DNA of 63,243 nt, counting the filler. It is 6 parts of 6 records of this genome, joined end to end, with 100 filler letters (N's around TTAATTAATTAA, not from the genome) between each part and the next. Parts side by side here need not be neighbours in the genome. Positions count along the whole stretch, not along the records: positions 37,290 to 45,601 come from SRR31156797_1973; positions 45,702 to 57,380 come from SRR31156797_1974; 4 more parts are not named here. One strand, given 5' to 3'. Positions 42,474 through 50,863 of the stretch are shown piece after piece. A program made the position numbers and the translations under genes. Numbering within the stretch: position 1 is the stretch's first letter; each line of letters opens with the position of its first letter. Under the pieces are notes generated by a model, which was given only the letters and a program-made list of their open reading frames with translations, was not told where the DNA came from and ran no database searches.

Positions 42474-42536
42474 CGCATAAAAAAACACATAAAATAACAT
42501 AGTTGTTACATCTATGAGACATTAACCCTATATAAT
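42474..42536 (+). promoter_or_regulatory. ~11-bp-spaced (A)CAT direct repeats followed by a TATAAT -10 box
   Basis: CAT at 42476, 42488, 42498, 42509, 42520; TATAAT at 42531-42536; no good -35. Confidence 0.55.
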
Positions 42537-42547
42537 ATTCTAAAAAG

Positions 42548-42664
42548 TTAAACTAAATTAAGTGTTACGTGAATCCCAAAACAAATTAATCATTTTGAAG
42601 CTTTTATGCAAAAGTGTTTAAAGCTTGGTAATTTGTTTAAATCCGTAGCACTTATTTCGTTTAA
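42548..42664 (+). ncRNA. Putative structured 5' leader RNA (long imperfect hairpin)
   Basis: Nested pairings: TTAAAC/GTTTAA, AAGTGTTACG/CGTAGCACTT, AAACAAATTA/TAATTTGTTT, AAGCTTT/AAAGCTT. Confidence 0.5.
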
Positions 42665-42685
42665 AAAGAAAATTTGGAGGTTTTT

Positions 42686-43876
42686 ATGAAAAAAAGGCAA
42701 CTTTTAACACTAATTACGGTGTTACTAATATTATTGACAGGGTGCTCGTCGGCAGAGAGAAAGAAAAATCAAGGAAAAGGAAAAGAAATAGTAATGAGTA
42801 GAACTAAAGCTAAACCAAATTGGATTGGTACACCACTTTCTGCTAATAAAGATTATAATGGTTATATTTTAGCTATGGGGGTAGCTGAAAGTGTTGAAGA
42901 ATACAATATTCAAATGATAAGAAAAGAAGCACTGGTAAATGCAAGAGAAGAGTTAAGTAATTATATAGGAGTAGATGTTAAAGGTGAAATTGTAATAAAT
43001 CAAGAAAAACAGCAAGTTAATAAATCTTTGAACTATTCTAAAGAAGTTAGGACAAAGCAAATACAAACAACAAAAAACTATATAGAAAATTCTAAACCTG
43101 TAGATAATTATTTTGAAAAAGTAAATGTTTATCAAGGAAAAAATGTAACAGCAACAAAATATAGATATTATGTATTAGTTGCAATGCCTAAAAATCCGCT
43201 TTATATTCCTGAAATTACAAAAAATAAATATTCTGAAAGTAATAATACTTTAATAGAGAGAAAAGAAGCTCCAAAAGAAGTTGATGATTACATGGAGGAA
43301 GTTAATAGAAAAGGTTTCTTTATAGGAGTTAACGGTGGTTTAAGTCCATATGTAATTAGTGATTTTACAACTGATACTACAGGAATTTTAATGGAACAAG
43401 GCAACATAGACACAGGGTACGAGCTTAATGTGGAAATAGGAAGAGAAGTTATTAATACAAGTTACTATGTATTAGGTGGACTTTATGATTCAGAACCAAT
43501 AAGCATGTATAAATTAGGGGCAGGGATAGCTAAAAAAATATTTACATTCAAGAATTTTGATTTAAAAACATTTGCAAATGGTAACATGATATTTGTAAGT
43601 GGTGATGTAGGGAAATTATATAGAGATTTAAACATTGGTTCTAAAAATGATGTTGTAAGTATAGAAGGAATTATGTTTGGATTAACACCGGGTGTTAAAT
43701 TAGAAATGAAATTGACGGACAACTTTGATATTTATGGAATGGCACAATATGATATTTATGCTGATAGTGAGTTATATACGAATGTAAGCGGGGCAGAAGT
43801 GAGCTTAAATAACTTTGATCCTATTGTTGATTTATCAGGATTGACTTTAAAAGCAGGGTTACAGTTTAATTTCTAA
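42686..43876 (+). CDS. Lipoprotein: LPP20-like N-domain fused to an outer-membrane beta-barrel
   Basis: GGAGG RBS and ATG 42686; lipobox LTGC; KPNWI..G......A...AR.ELS; amphipathic strands ending AGLQFNF. Confidence 0.7.
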   Translation: MKKRQLLTLITVLLILLTGCSSAERKKNQGKGKEIVMSRTKAKPNWIGTPLSANKDYNGYILAMGVAESVEEYNIQMIRKEALVNAREELSNYIGVDVKGEIVINQEKQQVNKSLNYSKEVRTKQIQTTKNYIENSKPVDNYFEKVNVYQGKNVTATKYRYYVLVAMPKNPLYIPEITKNKYSESNNTLIERKEAPKEVDDYMEEVNRKGFFIGVNGGLSPYVISDFTTDTTGILMEQGNIDTGYELNVEIGREVINTSYYVLGGLYDSEPISMYKLGAGIAKKIFTFKNFDLKTFANGNMIFVSGDVGKLYRDLNIGSKNDVVSIEGIMFGLTPGVKLEMKLTDNFDIYGMAQYDIYADSELYTNVSGAEVSLNNFDPIVDLSGLTLKAGLQFNF

Positions 43877-43912
43877 ATAAAATAATAATTTAAGATATAA
43901 GGAGTGTAAGAA

Positions 43913-45373
43913 ATGAAAAAAAGAAACAAATTAAGTTTAGTGTCATTATTGGTATCAATATTAAGTTTAGTATTAATGGTAGGATGTGGTTCTGGTGGAG
44001 GTGGAGGCGGAGGTACACCGACAGTTGTAAGAGTTGTAACAAGTGTAACACTATCTGCAGAATCAATATCTATAAAACCTGGTGATAGTACTGCTTTAGT
44101 CTTAGGTGTTTTAGATAATAATAATGCTGCATGGTCAGAAAAATTAAGTACAGTAGTATGTAAATATAAAAAATCAACTTCAGATACATGGTTAACAATG
44201 ACGGGAACAAATTTTACAGCTCCTGCTGAAATTACAGGAGAAACAGAAATTTATCAAATGTTTGCAGAAGTAGATGGAGTGCAAAGTTCGGTAGTACAAA
44301 TAACAGTAACAAAAACATTAAGTAGAGAGGATACTTTAGCGACTTTAATAATTGATCAAGTAAGTGTAGCATTAGTTGATGGTACTTACGAGTATACGTC
44401 TCAAGAGCTAGAACCTGATATGGTTGATGTTAAAATATCAGCTACATTAACTGATGCAAAATATGGAAAAATATCAACAGATTTAACTAAAAACTTTGAT
44501 ATTTCTACTGTAAATTCAGGAGAGTCAAAAAAAATTACTATAATTGTAAATTCTGAATATCAACAAAATAATCCAACAGAAGCACCTAGAACATATACAA
44601 TTACATTAAAGAAAAGAGCATATGAAACAAAAACTACTATAAAAAACATCTCTTATCTTAATAGAGAAGGGATAGATGCAATAACAGAAGGAATAATAAC
44701 TGGAAATGAAGTAACTATAGGAAATGTAAATGATGATCTTGAACTAAAAGTAACATTAGAAGAAGAAGCAAAGCGTGCAAAAATATCAGCATACAGAGTG
44801 GCTGGTACTGGAGATGTAGAAGTTTTAAAATCGACAAATGCTAATAAGACTACTGTAGATAATAAAGAAGTTTACTCAAAAGAAATAACATTTGATGGAG
44901 ATGCTTTTGCAGTAGGAGTTCCAACGGATGTTAAAATAGTAATAACTTCAGAAGATGGTAATAAAACAACTACATATGTAATAGAAGTTACTAAAAGTTC
45001 TAAAAATGCAAACTTAAAAACTTTTGTTTTAAAATCAGCAGGTTCAGCAGATATAAATTTATTGTCATTAGGAGATGGTCCATATAATCAAATAGTAGAA
45101 GGAAATGATACTGTTACTATTGAATATGCAAAAGATGCAACAGACGCAGTAGTGACTGCAACTGCAACAACTACAGGAAGTAGTTTCAATTCAACTACAG
45201 ATTCAACTACAGGTTTAACTACAGGTGTTTTCACATTAGTAGAAGGTTCAAATATTTTAGAGATAAAAGTTAGTGTTGCAGGAATGAATAAAGTATATAC
45301 TTTAACTGTCACAAAATCACCTGCAAAAGCAGTATGGGATCAGTTTAACTGGGACGAAGCAGTTTGGCAATAA
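43913..45373 (+). CDS. Surface lipoprotein with Ig/cadherin-like beta-sandwich repeats and a C-terminal triple-Trp motif
   Basis: AAGGAG RBS; lipobox MVGC plus Gly7 linker; repeats ending TYTITL.K / SEDG..TTTYVIEVTK / KVYTLTVTK; terminus WDQFNWDEAVWQ. Confidence 0.8.
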   Translation: MKKRNKLSLVSLLVSILSLVLMVGCGSGGGGGGGTPTVVRVVTSVTLSAESISIKPGDSTALVLGVLDNNNAAWSEKLSTVVCKYKKSTSDTWLTMTGTNFTAPAEITGETEIYQMFAEVDGVQSSVVQITVTKTLSREDTLATLIIDQVSVALVDGTYEYTSQELEPDMVDVKISATLTDAKYGKISTDLTKNFDISTVNSGESKKITIIVNSEYQQNNPTEAPRTYTITLKKRAYETKTTIKNISYLNREGIDAITEGIITGNEVTIGNVNDDLELKVTLEEEAKRAKISAYRVAGTGDVEVLKSTNANKTTVDNKEVYSKEITFDGDAFAVGVPTDVKIVITSEDGNKTTTYVIEVTKSSKNANLKTFVLKSAGSADINLLSLGDGPYNQIVEGNDTVTIEYAKDATDAVVTATATTTGSSFNSTTDSTTGLTTGVFTLVEGSNILEIKVSVAGMNKVYTLTVTKSPAKAVWDQFNWDEAVWQ

Positions 45374-45400
45374 AAAAACTAGAACTTATATGAAATAAAT

Positions 45401-45432
45401 TGAAAATAGGCAAAATTTCTTGCCTATTTTCA
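45401..45432 (+). terminator. Intergenic stem-loop (terminator or mRNA stabiliser)
   Basis: 13-bp stem TGAAAATAGGCAA / TTGCCTATTTTCA. Confidence 0.65.
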
Positions 45433-45457
45433 TAATTAAATCTAAGGAGCAAATAAA

Positions 45458-45601
45458 ATGAAAAAATTAATCATATTAATGTCAATATTAAGTGCAACAT
45501 CATTTGCGGATACCAAAGGTAATTTAATAAAATTTTCAGCAAATACACCTGCTAAAGCGACAGAGGTAAATGAAAACTTTGATGATTTAGCAGATGCAAT
45601 A
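45458..45601 (+). CDS. Secreted protein, 5' fragment, with fibre-like N-terminal motif (truncated by contig end)
   Basis: AAGGAG RBS; signal peptide ending SFA; mature DTKGNLIKFSANTPAKATEVNENFDDLADAI. Confidence 0.75.
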
Positions 45602-45701
45602 NNNNNNNNNNNNNNNNNNNNNNNNNNNNNNNNNNNNNNNNNNNNTTAATTAATTAANNNNNNNNNNNNNNNNNNNNNNNNNNNNNNNNNNNNNNNNNNN
45701 N
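45602..45701. other. Artificial contig linker
   Basis: 44 N + TTAATTAATTAA + 44 N. Confidence 0.99.
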
Positions 45702-45702
45702 T

Positions 45703-45987
45703 TCCATTGTGGTCATGACCCTGCCCATTGTGCTGCCCATCGTAACCGCAGCCGGGTTCGATCCGCTCTGGTTCGGTATTTTCGTAGTATTTATGGTTGA
45801 GCTATCACAGGTAACTCCGCCCGTAGGATTCTCCATCTTCGTTATCCAGTACATCACCGGAGATGATGTTAAGGACATCCTCAAAGCAACATTCCCATTC
45901 TTCATCATCATGGTCCTGATGGTAATTCTGGTAACTATGTTCCCGGAAATTGTATTCTATCTGCCTGAAAAGATGATCGGAACATAA
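45703..45987 (+). CDS. dctM: TRAP transporter large permease, 3' fragment
   Basis: GFDPLWFGI, TPPVG, PFF..M, FPEIVFYLP. Confidence 0.88.
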   Translation, partial: SIVVMTLPIVLPIVTAAGFDPLWFGIFVVFMVELSQVTPPVGFSIFVIQYITGDDVKDILKATFPFFIIMVLMVILVTMFPEIVFYLPEKMIGT

Positions 45988-45996
45988 ATTAACCCC

Positions 45997-46034
45997 AAAA
46001 ACCCCGCAAAGTTAAACTTTGCGGGGTTTTTTTT
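45997..46034. terminator. Intrinsic terminator, probably bidirectional
   Basis: AAAACCCCGCAAAGT..ACTTTGCGGGGTTTTTTTT. Confidence 0.9.
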
Positions 46035-46051
46035 GTTTAAAATTTATTCGC

Positions 46052-46864
46052 TTAAAGCAGCTTAGCCGCTACGTGATCTCTGAAATAGGAATAAGTTAAG
46101 GTAAAATCGTCACGGTTGTGCGGCTCAAGAGTAAAGGTCGGCAAGGGATCAATTTCGCTGATCCGGGATACTATGTAATCCCAATTCATGCATCCCTGTC
46201 CGAGGGCAAGATGTTCATCCTTGCTGCCGTGATTGTCATGCAGATGTATATGTTTGATATACGGTGCAAAGGCATTAAACCAGAGATCAAAATCATCATG
46301 CTCTGATCCTTTGGAAAAGGAAAACCAGTGCCCTAGATCAAAGCAAATACCTACATTGTCCCGGTCCAGATCAGTGACCAGCCGGACAATGGCATCAGGT
46401 GTAAATTCGTAGGTGTTTTCAAGGCAGAGTGGAGGATGATCCGGCCATGAATTGCTCAGACGTCGTATACCTTCCACACAATTGGCATAAGCCCGTTCAA
46501 ATAGCGGCGGCTCAAGCCAAGAGGTAAACGACGGATGCAAAACCATTCGTTGGGGAGAAAAAAATTTTGCTAATTCAAAGGCAGTAAGCAGAGTCTCGAT
46601 GGATGCGTTTCGGATGGCCGGATTCAGACTGGACGGCTTAAGATCAAGAAACGGCAAGTGCACCGTACATTTCAATTCAGCTTCTTCAAGACGATCCCTG
46701 ATAGAGATCAGCCAATCCATGCTCAAACATTCATCCCCGAGACAGTCCAATCCCAGCTCAGGCTGAATAGAATTTTCGATGAAAAAATCCAAATACTCTG
46801 GAGAATTGTAAATATAACGCAGAGGAAGATTAACGTAGCAGGTTTCAAATTCTGGCTTCATCAC
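46052..46864 (-). CDS. Sugar-phosphate isomerase/epimerase / AP endonuclease 2 TIM-barrel protein
   Basis: VHLPF.DL, LEN, CFDLGH, HLHDN.G..DEH...G.G, LEPH. Confidence 0.85.
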   Translation of the reverse strand: MMKPEFETCYVNLPLRYIYNSPEYLDFFIENSIQPELGLDCLGDECLSMDWLISIRDRLEEAELKCTVHLPFLDLKPSSLNPAIRNASIETLLTAFELAKFFSPQRMVLHPSFTSWLEPPLFERAYANCVEGIRRLSNSWPDHPPLCLENTYEFTPDAIVRLVTDLDRDNVGICFDLGHWFSFSKGSEHDDFDLWFNAFAPYIKHIHLHDNHGSKDEHLALGQGCMNWDYIVSRISEIDPLPTFTLEPHNRDDFTLTYSYFRDHVAAKLL

Positions 46865-46889
46865 ACATCTCCCTTCCGGCTTATTTCAT

Positions 46890-48626
46890 TTACTGCTCAA
46901 GCCGGGTCTGTAGATAATCTGTACCCTTAAACACCATCCGTCCCACCGGAACAAATGTTGTGGTATGGCGCATGGTCAGGACTGTCTCCTTTCCGGGGTG
47001 CACAGCAAAGGTTTCACCCCATGAAACTGGAATATTATCCACAAAAGGCTGGATTTTGCAACGTTCTCCGTTACTCCAGACATCTTTCAAAACGTAAGAG
47101 TCAGGACGGACATCTCTGCTTTCTCCATCAATCCAGTTAAGAAAATCAGACCTGCCATCTTCATCTGCCAATTCAAGAGCCTTAATTTCACGAGGCACAA
47201 TAGCCAGATAAAATTCTGTACGTTTCTTGCCGGGGGTTTCACGAACAACCCGGTAACGAGAAATTCCGTCCGGTCCTTTGAGCATGTATTTCGCCATAAA
47301 ATTGGTCGGATCGGCAATTATCTCATGGCCCACATCCTGTCCGCTGTTAACCATGACCGAAGCCACAAAACCCTTAAGATTCAGAATTTCCTCTTTACTA
47401 CTGCCGAGAATACCTTCCAGAATAATCTGGTCTCCTTCAACCGCTTGCAGAGTTCCTCCAGCACTTATGAACTGGGGCTGACCGTTCAGCCAACAGAGAA
47501 AAACCGGACCGTTTACTTCCGGCAGATCGGGCTTGCTGCCCTTCCAGCGGACCTTGGCTTTGGCCTGTCTGTTTCCGTCAATGCGCACCTCAAGGGCCGG
47601 AAACTGGGACAAGGCCATACGCGGAGCAGTAAGCAGATTCAAATTAGGACGGTCACTGGCAAAAACAGCCACAGCCGGTTCCAGCTCGGAGCCAGCCATA
47701 GTCTTACCGGAAGTGGAAACAGGTGCCCCGCGAACCAGATCAATGGACTTTCCACGCAAAGGCTTACCGTTGATCAGAACTTCAACGCCCTGCCCTCTCT
47801 GGGATTTGGGAAAAGAAAATTCCGGAACTTCAAGTTCAAGACCAAACTCATGCAGCAGGTAGACCGTTGCGCGCAACTGCTGGCGAACCTTCCACCCCAG
47901 ATCCTTGATATCCTTACTAACCTCCACAGCCATGGCCGGGATGCCCCGCTCATGCAGAGCGTAGCAAGTCAGGGATTTTAACATTTCCGGGTATTGGGTA
48001 GCCTTGGCGAAAGTTTTGGTATTAAAAAGTGTAAACCAGTAAGACTTATTGCTGATTTTACCGTTGAGTTTATCAATAGTGCGTTCACACATTTCTGCCA
48101 GCTGTATATCCTTGTATACTGCAGCATCAATAATCAAAGACTGCCCGTAGCGCTTGGGATTGCGCAGGCTATTTACATACTTGGGATTGTAAAACCCACT
48201 GCCCTCGTGAAGATGGATAAACCCTTCGGCTTCACCAATAAGAAAACGGATCGCCCGGGCAAGGCGGTCCTCATAAAAACTGTTGTATTCTTTGTCGAAA
48301 CGGCGGTTTAAGTCGACGTTGATCTGGCGGGTGCGGCGTAAAATAGAAGGTTCATTGGCTCGGGGCACAATGATCAGATTTCCTTTACGCACATTGCAGC
48401 GGGTCAGTAGCTGGGCTGTAAAGAAACCAGACAGCTCGTCCCCCTGAATGCCGCCTTGGACCATGATAGTCGGTCCCGGCTCGTCACCGAAAACCCAGGT
48501 AACCCGCAGCGGATATTGTGTACCTTCAAAAAAGGTATAGTTCCTTACCTGTTGTGCCGTGGCCGGAAAGGCCAGACACAAGGTGAAAATACTAATTAAG
48601 AACGCGCGACAAAGGATATACTTCAC
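46890..48626 (-). CDS. M14/M99-type zinc carboxypeptidase (Csd4/Pgp1-like peptidoglycan DL-carboxypeptidase)
   Basis: Signal peptide; GGIQGDE, DLNRRF, LHEGSGFY..NP.R.GQS.IID, E.SK. Confidence 0.8.
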   Translation of the reverse strand: MKYILCRAFLISIFTLCLAFPATAQQVRNYTFFEGTQYPLRVTWVFGDEPGPTIMVQGGIQGDELSGFFTAQLLTRCNVRKGNLIIVPRANEPSILRRTRQINVDLNRRFDKEYNSFYEDRLARAIRFLIGEAEGFIHLHEGSGFYNPKYVNSLRNPKRYGQSLIIDAAVYKDIQLAEMCERTIDKLNGKISNKSYWFTLFNTKTFAKATQYPEMLKSLTCYALHERGIPAMAVEVSKDIKDLGWKVRQQLRATVYLLHEFGLELEVPEFSFPKSQRGQGVEVLINGKPLRGKSIDLVRGAPVSTSGKTMAGSELEPAVAVFASDRPNLNLLTAPRMALSQFPALEVRIDGNRQAKAKVRWKGSKPDLPEVNGPVFLCWLNGQPQFISAGGTLQAVEGDQIILEGILGSSKEEILNLKGFVASVMVNSGQDVGHEIIADPTNFMAKYMLKGPDGISRYRVVRETPGKKRTEFYLAIVPREIKALELADEDGRSDFLNWIDGESRDVRPDSYVLKDVWSNGERCKIQPFVDNIPVSWGETFAVHPGKETVLTMRHTTTFVPVGRMVFKGTDYLQTRLEQ

Positions 48627-49296
48627 TGAAAATCAACTCACCCTTTTTAGTAGAGATCATCAACCTGATACCGTACACATCTTTCAGGGACTTTCCGGAA
48701 GGCAGTCCAAAACGAGTGCGAACAACCTTAAAACGCTGGATATGAAAAGACATATCATTACGATTAGCCTTAATCTGAACACCCTTACCGTTATTCTCAA
48801 TCAATTCGACAGTAGCATGACCGCTCAAAGCGGAAGCAGTTTGCAGATTGTTAAGATCAAAGCTCAAGGCCAAGCTGTTCCCAGACTTACGCACTTTAAC
48901 ATTTTCAACTCCGGCCCGCATTAAATTCTTATAGAAAAGCAGCTTATTCAAATCCACAACAGGTGTGGACTCCATCCTCTTCTCTTCCACCGGAACAGCG
49001 GCCAGCAGCGACTGCAATTCATTGGGATCGTAGGAATCAAGAATTTTGTTGACGTTCTCCAGGCGCTCAAGCTGCACGGAAGCATCGTTGAGCGTCTTCT
49101 GCAACTCTATCTTTTCCTGCTTAAGCTGAGCATTCTCACTCCAGAAAGTATACCCACCCCATGCTCCGGCACCAGCACAGACAGCAAGCATGAACACAAT
49201 CCAGAAAAGAACCTTTAGCCAAAAAGGGCTGAGACGATAGCGTTTGACAGTATCATCATCACGCATGAAAAGCACATTGTACTTAGTATTGCCCAT
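48592..49296 (-). CDS. Single-TM coiled-coil hypothetical protein
   Basis: Start ATG 49296 coupled to the upstream stop (TGATG); TM helix then ENAQLKQEKIELQKTL heptads. Confidence 0.75.
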   Translation of the reverse strand: MGNTKYNVLFMRDDDTVKRYRLSPFWLKVLFWIVFMLAVCAGAGAWGGYTFWSENAQLKQEKIELQKTLNDASVQLERLENVNKILDSYDPNELQSLLAAVPVEEKRMESTPVVDLNKLLFYKNLMRAGVENVKVRKSGNSLALSFDLNNLQTASALSGHATVELIENNGKGVQIKANRNDMSFHIQRFKVVRTRFGLPSGKSLKDVYGIRLMISTKKGELIFSEVYPLSRVLN

Positions 49297-50564
49297 CAGA
49301 GCTTTCTCCATTGTTCGTCTACAATCCGCCAGCTGTCTTTCTCGGGGCGGATGACCAGTTTTTTTATTCCCTTGTCGCTGTATCCGGAAGAATCCGAATA
49401 TTTCTGTTTGAAAACCGCAAGCAAACCTTGAGGATGTTCCCGCAAGGACAACTTACCGAATTCAACAGATGCGGGCTTACGTTCTTTCCAAATGGAAGTT
49501 TTATTTTTCCTGATGGAATCAGTTCCCTTCCTGCGCCCTTGTCTGGCCTGAGAATCGTAGAGGGAAACATATTTATCCACATCAGCTGAAAGCCAGTCAT
49601 CCTTCCATGTGTTGAGAAATTTTTTCACGCCTTCCCGCTTGGTGGCGAGATACCTATTCTTGAGAGAGTGGATCGAGGGTCCGTACTCGCGGCCGACAAT
49701 CTTCCACTGCCCGTTCACTTTCTGCCAGTAAAGCCTTTTTGAGGATGAAGAGGAGAGCCTGCCGGAGCGGTAGTACTGGTCAAACCAGGTTACCCAGTAA
49801 TCAGGACCGCGCAGGGCATGCAGGTTGTACAACTCAATATCAATCCATCCGGCCCGGGAAAAAATTCTTTTCTTTCTATTCTCAAAAGCCTTGAACGAAC
49901 GTCTCTCAGACTTGGCAAACAATTCCGGTGAATAAGCCGAAAAAAAAGAATCGTCACGGGCTTCCCAGTCAGCGGCCCATTTGTAAACGAGCTTTTCCAG
50001 TTCAACGGCCTCAAGAGACTGATCGTCACTGCTGTTGTTCCAGCCGACTTTCTCACCAATAACAACCGGCGCACCGGGCTTAATATTCTCATCAAGATAA
50101 TCCATGTCGGAATTAACCAGAGCTACACAGCCCTGAGTATCCATAGGAACAAGCTGCTTGCCCCGGCCATGAATCCAGATTCCGTATCCGGTCTTGCCTT
50201 TGATGCGGTCTACCGGATTGGGAAAATCCAGAGGAAAAGCCATTTTCCCGTACAAGGCAAAATTCTTCAGCCCGGTCCTTTTTCCAGTAGTGAAGTATAT
50301 GCCTTCAGGAGTCTTAAGATCCCCCTCCACAACCTTATCACCAGCAACCTGTCCGGTGGCACAGGTAAAACTGGCTTCAGCATGCAGCGGACTTTTATGA
50401 ACCAACAAATGCAGCTTTTGGGAATCCTTATCAACAGCAAGAATATACTCAGGAACCAGCGGGGTAGGGTCAATTACAGGAGCCCATCCCTCAGCAAAAC
50501 CAAGGGAAGTAAAACCTGTCAGCAACAAAAAAGCTGCCGTAAAAATTCTCAAAAAATACTTCAT
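49296..50564 (-). CDS. YkuD-family L,D-transpeptidase/carboxypeptidase (Csd6/Pgp2-like) with two NTF2-like C-terminal domains
   Basis: GDLKTPEG.Y, IWIHG....TQGCVAL; two W...W....Y / F.Q.Y.S...K.L...W.IV domains; start moved to 50564. Confidence 0.85.
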   Translation of the reverse strand: MKYFLRIFTAAFLLLTGFTSLGFAEGWAPVIDPTPLVPEYILAVDKDSQKLHLLVHKSPLHAEASFTCATGQVAGDKVVEGDLKTPEGIYFTTGKRTGLKNFALYGKMAFPLDFPNPVDRIKGKTGYGIWIHGRGKQLVPMDTQGCVALVNSDMDYLDENIKPGAPVVIGEKVGWNNSSDDQSLEAVELEKLVYKWAADWEARDDSFFSAYSPELFAKSERRSFKAFENRKKRIFSRAGWIDIELYNLHALRGPDYWVTWFDQYYRSGRLSSSSSKRLYWQKVNGQWKIVGREYGPSIHSLKNRYLATKREGVKKFLNTWKDDWLSADVDKYVSLYDSQARQGRRKGTDSIRKNKTSIWKERKPASVEFGKLSLREHPQGLLAVFKQKYSDSSGYSDKGIKKLVIRPEKDSWRIVDEQWRKL

Positions 50565-50790
50565 TCCCAACCCGACACTCCATCGCCCAAAACAGCAAAA
50601 TGACGAAATAAAAAACATTAACATTAAATAACGCGAAACTAAACCCTTCGCCTATTTTTTGATTCACTAATCAACTACTTACATTGTAACGAAACTGTGA
50701 AATACGTATTATCAATCAGCTTCCTTACAACACTTTTTCATTATTAAAAAGTAGCTTTTTAAGACCCTAACATGAATGTAAAAGTACTGC

Positions 50791-50831
50791 AAAAAAGAAG
50801 ACCCGACGCAGCCTAAACAACTGCGCCGGGG
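50791..50831 (-). terminator. Terminator after purB
   Basis: CCCGACGCAG/CTGCGCCGGG stem with an A-rich left flank. Confidence 0.6.
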
Positions 50832-50863
50832 GCAAAAATCAGTTCAAAATAAAACTTTTTAGA

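Noticed and set aside
42686-45601. Prophage tail region
   Set aside because: All three proteins have lipoprotein or Sec signals, and no capsid, terminase, integrase or lysis genes are visible
45654-45911. 85-aa minus-strand ORF running into Ns
   Set aside because: Antisense to the dctM fragment and extended artificially through the linker
47325-48924. Several plus-strand ORFs up to 218 aa
   Set aside because: Antisense to the well-supported carboxypeptidase operon
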